Positions 19,044 to 23,909 of a stretch of 23,909 nt of DNA are shown one piece after another. Positions within the stretch are counted from its first letter, which is position 1. Every line of letters begins with the position of its first letter. The stretch is from positions 1 through 23,909 of the forward strand of contig JAWODM010000071.1 of the NCBI GenBank assembly GCA_046483305.1, given 5' to 3'. The notes beneath the pieces are model-generated. The model ran no database searches, had not been told where the DNA came from, and saw only the letters and a list, made by a program, of their open reading frames with translations. The stretch comes from Candidatus Krumholzibacteriales bacterium (GTDB taxonomy: Bacteria; Krumholzibacteriota; Krumholzibacteriia; Krumholzibacteriales; WJIX01). The translations under genes and the position numbers were made by a program.

Positions 19044-19330
19044 AAATTGACTGTCACGGAATCCTCCGGGATTACAGTTATCTGATACCATATTATTGCC
19101 ATTTCCTGCTTCCGCAGGTTTCTGTTCAATCCTGAAACCGCGCCCCGGAACCGCAGGATTTCCAGGTATTCATTAATATTCCTGGTGTTCCCGCCCGGGA
19201 AACTCAACTTCCGGAAGCCTGCCTGCCGGCAACCATACACCCCGCGATTGCGAGCTTTATTTTTTCTTCTGCCGGTGTTAAGGTTATCCTGATGGAAATC
19301 GGTTATGTAAATTCCGGAGGTTACGCGAAC

Positions 19331-20350
19331 ATGCTGAAGTCAGTTTATCTCAAAGCAATCACATTATTCGTTCTCTGCTCGGCGAACCTGTCTCCGCTGG
19401 GCGCCGAGCAGCAAAGGCCTGCCCTGACCAGGGAGGCTGCTTCGAATTTCGCCAGGATCGCCCTCAATTGCGTCCAGAGGGAGTATCCCAATAAGCTGTC
19501 TCATGTCATGAACGACTCTACCGAGGTTCAACCGCCGCATGAGCTTCACCCGGCCTTCTACGGATGTTTCGACTGGCATTCGTCGGTTCACGGGCACTGG
19601 ATGCTGGTGCGGCTGCTGAAGCTGTTCCCTGATCTGCCGGAGGCTGTGGAGATCAGGGATGTTCTTGAAGAGAACCTCAGGGCCGCTCATATCAGGAGGG
19701 AGGTCGCCTATCTGGAAAAGCCCAGCCGGAAGTCCTTCGAGAGGACTTACGGCTGGAGCTGGCTGCTGAAACTGTCAGCAGAGCTTCTGGACTGGGAAGA
19801 CCCCGACGCGGCCAGGTGGAGTGAGAACCTGAAGCCGCTGGTCCATAATATAGTGAGGCGATATCTGGATTTTCTCCCCAGGCAGACCTATCCGATAAGA
19901 AGGGGAGTGCATGCCAACACCGCTTTTGGACTGGCTTTTGCCCTGGACTACGCCGAGATTGCCGGGGAGGGAGAGCTGCAGCAGATGATAATTGAAAGAA
20001 CCCTGGATTACTTTCTGCAGGACCATGGATGCCCGGGAGGCTGGGAGCCCGACGGGGATGATTTCCTCTCTTCCTGCCTGATAGAGGCTGATCTTATGGC
20101 CAGGATCCTGAAAGGCGATAAATTCGGTGAATGGTTCCATGATTTTCTTCCCGGGCTGGAAGCCGGAGAACCGGACAACCTGCTCAGCCCCGCGGTGGTA
20201 TCGGACAGATCAGATCCCAAGATAGTTCATCTGGACGGGCTTAACCTGAGCCGGGCCTGGTGTTATTACCGGATAGCGGCCTCTCTTCCCTCCGATGACC
20301 CGGCAAGAGATATTATTCTGAGCTCTGCCCGGCGGCATGCGGCAAGCGCG
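19331..20350 (+). CDS. DUF2891 family protein, 3'-truncated and fused in frame to foreign sequence
   Basis: ATG at 19331 after GGAGG; signal peptide; EYPNKL, HPAFYGCFDWHSSVHGHW, SFERTYGWSWLL, HANTAFGL and HLDGLNLSRAW motifs. The usual terminal Y-x-G-x-H-W-L-x-S-F block is absent. Confidence 0.88.
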
Positions 20351-22117
20351 AAACAAATAACTTCAAGAGGAGAAAGATTAGAACAGGAATTTGAAAAATT
20401 AGATGTAAAACAACAAAAATTAGAAAAGAAAAAGTCAGATTTAGATAGGTTATTAGGTCCTGCAGGTTTTGGTAAAGGAGTTGTTGAAGGTGCTATCACA
20501 CTTCCAGGAGGAGTATTAAAACTAGCAGGAAGTGGTTTGGAAAAACCTGTAGCTGTTGCAACTTATCCTTTTAGGGAAGATTTTACAAAAGATATTAAAA
20601 AATTAGGTGTTGGAATAAAACAAACTGCAACAGATAGACCTTTTGAATTTACTGGACAGATTGTAGGAGCAGCTGCAGTAAGTTTTGGAGCAGGTAAAGT
20701 TCTTTCTGCTGTTGTTAAAAAAGGAGCAGTAGCAAATGCAACACAATATAAAATATCTGCTTCAACTTCTAAAGCAGTAAAGGTTAAAACAGGAGTTTAT
20801 AGAGTAGAAACCGAAACTGTTGTTAAAGCATTAAAATCTGGCAAAGTTGTAGGATCAGAAAAAATAACAACCACTTCAAATATTGCAGCTTCATCAAAAA
20901 AAGGAGCAATAAAAGCATCAGTAGATTCTACTTCTATTGCATTAAAAAGTGAAGCATTAAGACTTGGTTTAGGAGATGTTGCATTTAAAACAACTGCAAC
21001 AGGTGCAAAAGGAAAGTTTAGAATAACTCCAGGAACACAAGAAGGTATTTTTAAAGTTACTGGTAGAGGAACAGTTTATGATATAGGAAAAGCAAAAGGA
21101 AATTTAAGGGATTTAAGTAAAGGTTCTGGACAAATGAAAGGAATTGCAAAGGGGAAAATAGAGGTAGTTCCCAGAACACAATACGATTTCTTTAAAATGG
21201 ATGGAGCAGTTAAGCAGACAGGCCAACAAGCAGGAAGAGTAGGACCTATTAAAGGAACACAAACAACTTTCACAAGTTATGGAAGAACAGATTTTTATTT
21301 TGGAAGAAAGTTTAAACCTGTTGCAACTGGAGATGATTTAGGAATAACAAGAGTTTTCTCACCAACAGGAGTAGATAAAAAGTTTTTTGAAGGATTATCT
21401 GGAGCTTATAAAGGAACAAAATCAAAACCAACTTCATTCCAAGCATTAGGTGCAAGACAAGCAACTCAATTAAAACAAACAACAAGATTAGTTTCAGACC
21501 AAAAAGCAGCTGCTTCTGTTGCAGCAGACTTTCAATCTCAAGCTGTTGCATTAAAAACTATTAAAATAAATCAAGCAGCACAAGCAAAAAGAGCAGCAGC
21601 TTTATTAAAAGTATCAACTGCAATTCCTGCTGTAACTGCTGTTGCAGGAGTTGGAGTTAGCACAACACAGGTAAGTCCTTTAAGAGTATCTACAAAGAGT
21701 TTAGATAGAGCAACTTCTGTTTCTATTCCAAAATTTATTCAACCATCAATAACAGCACAAAGAACTTCGGTAATACAAGCTCCAAAAGCTACAACACAAC
21801 CAACATTTTCAACACCAATTACAACACCTACAACTCCATTTACCCCAAGTCCAATATCACCAATTCCAATGATTCAATTTGGTTTTCCAAAAATTCCAAG
21901 AGTTCCAAAAGGTAGAAAATTTAAGCGAACTAAAAGTCAATTTGCAAAACAAAGAAAAGACTATACAGCATCTGTTGGAGCAATAGCTTTAGGTTTTAAA
22001 AGAACCGTTACTAAAAAAGAATTTGAAAAGTTAAGAAAGAAACAATTTACTGGTGGAGAATTAAGAGAACAATTACAAGTAAAGAATGGAAATAGTAAAA
22101 AATTAGGTTTCTGGTAA
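20351..22117 (+). CDS. 5'-truncated large basic hypothetical protein (588 aa visible) of the AT-rich block
   Basis: Open frame with strongly A/T-ending codons and no start of its own. K/G/A/T-rich, with a Pro/Thr-rich linker and a basic tail. Confidence 0.75.
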   Translation, partial: KQITSRGERLEQEFEKLDVKQQKLEKKKSDLDRLLGPAGFGKGVVEGAITLPGGVLKLAGSGLEKPVAVATYPFREDFTKDIKKLGVGIKQTATDRPFEFTGQIVGAAAVSFGAGKVLSAVVKKGAVANATQYKISASTSKAVKVKTGVYRVETETVVKALKSGKVVGSEKITTTSNIAASSKKGAIKASVDSTSIALKSEALRLGLGDVAFKTTATGAKGKFRITPGTQEGIFKVTGRGTVYDIGKAKGNLRDLSKGSGQMKGIAKGKIEVVPRTQYDFFKMDGAVKQTGQQAGRVGPIKGTQTTFTSYGRTDFYFGRKFKPVATGDDLGITRVFSPTGVDKKFFEGLSGAYKGTKSKPTSFQALGARQATQLKQTTRLVSDQKAAASVAADFQSQAVALKTIKINQAAQAKRAAALLKVSTAIPAVTAVAGVGVSTTQVSPLRVSTKSLDRATSVSIPKFIQPSITAQRTSVIQAPKATTQPTFSTPITTPTTPFTPSPISPIPMIQFGFPKIPRVPKGRKFKRTKSQFAKQRKDYTASVGAIALGFKRTVTKKEFEKLRKKQFTGGELREQLQVKNGNSKKLGFW

Positions 22118-22160
22118 GTTTAATGATAAAATATTTAAAATAAATTAGAATATTTAAAGT

Positions 22161-22757
22161 ATGCAATACGAAGAAGAATATGCTCCAAGTCAAGTTTATG
22201 ATTTTAACCCACTAGCACCAAAACCTCCAAGAGAAGACATAAATAAGGAAGAGGAATTAGGAATTATAAGGGGATTAGATGTTAATAAGGATATTAATGA
22301 AATAATTTTAGAATTACAAGGACAAATATTTTTTACAGACCCACAAACAAATAAACAAAGATTAGTTTTAAAAACAGAACCTATAATGAACTCTATAGGG
22401 ATACAAAACTTTATTACTTCTTTAAAATCTATTTCTAAAAAGGTTGTTACCTTTTCTAATTATTCTGCAGATGAAGTTAATCCAAGAATAAAAGCATTTG
22501 TTTATAGAAATTATACACATTTCTTAGCACATTCAGATGAATTTGAACTACAAGAAAAACATTATAATCTTATTATGAATTATTTATTTGCTTTTGCAGA
22601 TGGAGCTTATCATAAAGCAAAAGGAGCTGGTGATAGGAATGTAATAAGAGCAACATATTCTGAAGATTTGTTAATGAAACAAGCAGGAATAAATAATGAA
22701 ATACAAGGAGGTCCAGAGAAAAAAGGATTTTTCTCTAAGCTATTTGGTAGAAGATGA
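22161..22757 (+). CDS. Hypothetical protein (198 aa)
   Basis: Long ORF in AT-rich DNA; amphipathic basic tail KKGFFSKLFGRR; ATGA overlap with the next gene. Confidence 0.85.
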   Translation: MQYEEEYAPSQVYDFNPLAPKPPREDINKEEELGIIRGLDVNKDINEIILELQGQIFFTDPQTNKQRLVLKTEPIMNSIGIQNFITSLKSISKKVVTFSNYSADEVNPRIKAFVYRNYTHFLAHSDEFELQEKHYNLIMNYLFAFADGAYHKAKGAGDRNVIRATYSEDLLMKQAGINNEIQGGPEKKGFFSKLFGRR

Positions 22758-23473
22758 GTGAATCAATATTAGGACAGTTAGGTTTAGAACAATATATAGG
22801 AACTTTTGTAAATATTGGTTATGTAGGTGGAGGACTAATCTTAGCTTTAATATTTGGATTTATTGCCTTACTTGTATATAAAGAAAGACAAACATTTCCT
22901 TACAAAGTTAGATTAAGAAGTTTAAGGAGTTATGGAAATTATAAAGAAAGAAATGCTAAAGGGGGTATGATTAAGTCAAGTTCTGGGGTATATTTTTTTA
23001 GGATTAAAATGAGTATGAAACCTAAGGATTACTTTGATATTTATACAACTCCCGACTTTGATGCTGTTGATACAGAAGATAGATTAGTTTATGAAAGGAT
23101 TGGCCACAACAGATTTATCCAATTAAAAGTTAAACATGCTCCAAGATTTATATTAATTAATAAGGAAACTGGAGAGCAGATTGAAGATTTAGATGTTGTT
23201 GGAGATATTATGAACTCTAAATCTGATAAAGAATTATATGAACAATATTGGGTAAATGATTTATACTATCAACCTTTACCAGAAGAAAAGAAAAGTTTAG
23301 CAGCTGCAAGATTAGCAATAGATGTAAATGATCCTTTAAGAGAAAAGGAAAGTCCTTGGAAGCAATGGATACCAATAATTGTTATAAGTTTAATTGGAGT
23401 TTTTGCTTTAGCAATAGTCTATGTATTGTTGACTAACCCAACTCCTTGCTTACCTGTTCCTTGCACTCCTTAA
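22754..23473 (+). CDS. Hypothetical membrane protein with N- and C-terminal TM helices (239 aa)
   Basis: Hydrophobic GLILALIFGFIALLVY and WIPIIVISLIGVFALAIVYVLL flank a soluble domain. Translationally coupled to the upstream gene. Confidence 0.85.
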   Translation: MSESILGQLGLEQYIGTFVNIGYVGGGLILALIFGFIALLVYKERQTFPYKVRLRSLRSYGNYKERNAKGGMIKSSSGVYFFRIKMSMKPKDYFDIYTTPDFDAVDTEDRLVYERIGHNRFIQLKVKHAPRFILINKETGEQIEDLDVVGDIMNSKSDKELYEQYWVNDLYYQPLPEEKKSLAAARLAIDVNDPLREKESPWKQWIPIIVISLIGVFALAIVYVLLTNPTPCLPVPCTP

Positions 23474-23510
23474 AGTAAAATTATTTAAATTTATAACTAT
23501 TGATAAAAAG

Positions 23511-23909
23511 ATGAAAAAATTATTAATTTGTATATTATTTTTTAGTTTTATTAGTTTAACTTGTTCTTTTCAATACAACAACCTAGAAATTCCTAGATTA
23601 GAACCAAGTGATGAAATAAACTATTCTCTGATTCCAACTGTAAACAACTCATTATATTGGGATGGACAACCAATATCTTATTTAGATGATTTTTTTAAAT
23701 TAGACCAAACAACACCACAAAGCGTAGACTTTGGAGATGGAACGGGTTTAAGTTTTGATACAGTAGATTTAGTTGGTGGAGGAGCTGGGGTATTTCCACG
23801 AATGAAATTTACTAATTCTAATGTTGCAGGATTTCCTCAAGATTTAGGGCTTATTGATAAAGGATTAGTTATTCAAGATGATGATAATGAGCCATTATTA
23901 GCTTTTGCT
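23511..23909 (+). CDS. Partial exported/surface protein, runs off the window (not in the ORF track)
   Basis: Manual translation gives 133 codons without a stop: MKKLLICILFFSFISLTCSFQYNNLEIPRL...VNNSLYWDG...FKLDQTTPQSV... with a signal-peptide-like start. Confidence 0.8.
   Translation, partial: MKKLLICILFFSFISLTCSFQYNNLEIPRLEPSDEINYSLIPTVNNSLYWDGQPISYLDDFFKLDQTTPQSVDFGDGTGLSFDTVDLVGGGAGVFPRMKFTNSNVAGFPQDLGLIDKGLVIQDDDNEPLLAFA

Larger units (their letters stand above)
20351..23909. other. Foreign AT-rich segment (archaeal or virus-like); chimeric join or integrated DNA
   Basis: GC drops from 35/60 (20281-20340) to 16/60 (20401-20460) and stays low. CCGG/CpG, abundant upstream, nearly vanish. 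All ORFs are co-oriented and unrecognised. Confidence 0.8.

Noticed and set aside
19050..19217. Several short inverted repeats (CCTGC/GCAGG, GGTTTC/GAAACC, CCAGG/CCTGG, TTCCC/GGGAA, CTTCCGGAAG)
   Set aside because: Stems are only 5-6 bp in palindrome-rich DNA, with no repeated unit or U-tract; not enough for an ncRNA, REP or terminator call.
21781..21900. ACAACACC-like short repeats
   Set aside because: Explained by Thr/Pro codons in a linker; no constant repeat-spacer pattern, so not CRISPR.
19292..22117. 941-aa ORF as one natural multidomain protein
   Set aside because: It spans the compositional break at 20350 and both halves are truncated; reported as two pieces.
1..23909. tRNA, rRNA, CRISPR array, integrase, reverse transcriptase or defence genes
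   Set aside because: None recognised by eye on either strand; a covariance-model and HMM scan would be needed to exclude divergent ones.

Overview
Three compositionally distinct blocks. (1) 1-~1400 is AT-rich. It holds an orphan secreted-protein gene and the 3' half of an SGNH/rhamnogalacturonan-acetylesterase-like gene cut off by a ~83-bp IS3-family left-end remnant. (2) ~1400-20350 is GC-rich DNA of a diderm bacterium. It encodes a tautomerase, a tamB + BamA/TamA-family pair, a saccharopine-dehydrogenase-family enzyme, an internally deleted mscS, a beta-propeller lipoprotein, a Wzx-like flippase, a GldA/F/G-like ABC + DUF4340 operon, a USP, a membrane protein and a DUF2891 gene. (3) At 20350/20351 the DUF2891 gene is joined abruptly and in frame to very AT-rich DNA carrying co-oriented genes with no family I recognise. 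Two of these genes lack Shine-Dalgarno sites and have TTTAAA exactly 27 nt before the ATG, which suggests an archaeal or archaeal-virus origin. This junction is the most striking feature, but an assembly chimera is at least as likely as a real integration. No tRNA, rRNA, CRISPR array, integrase or intact transposase was seen. All family calls rest on motif recognition, not database searches.
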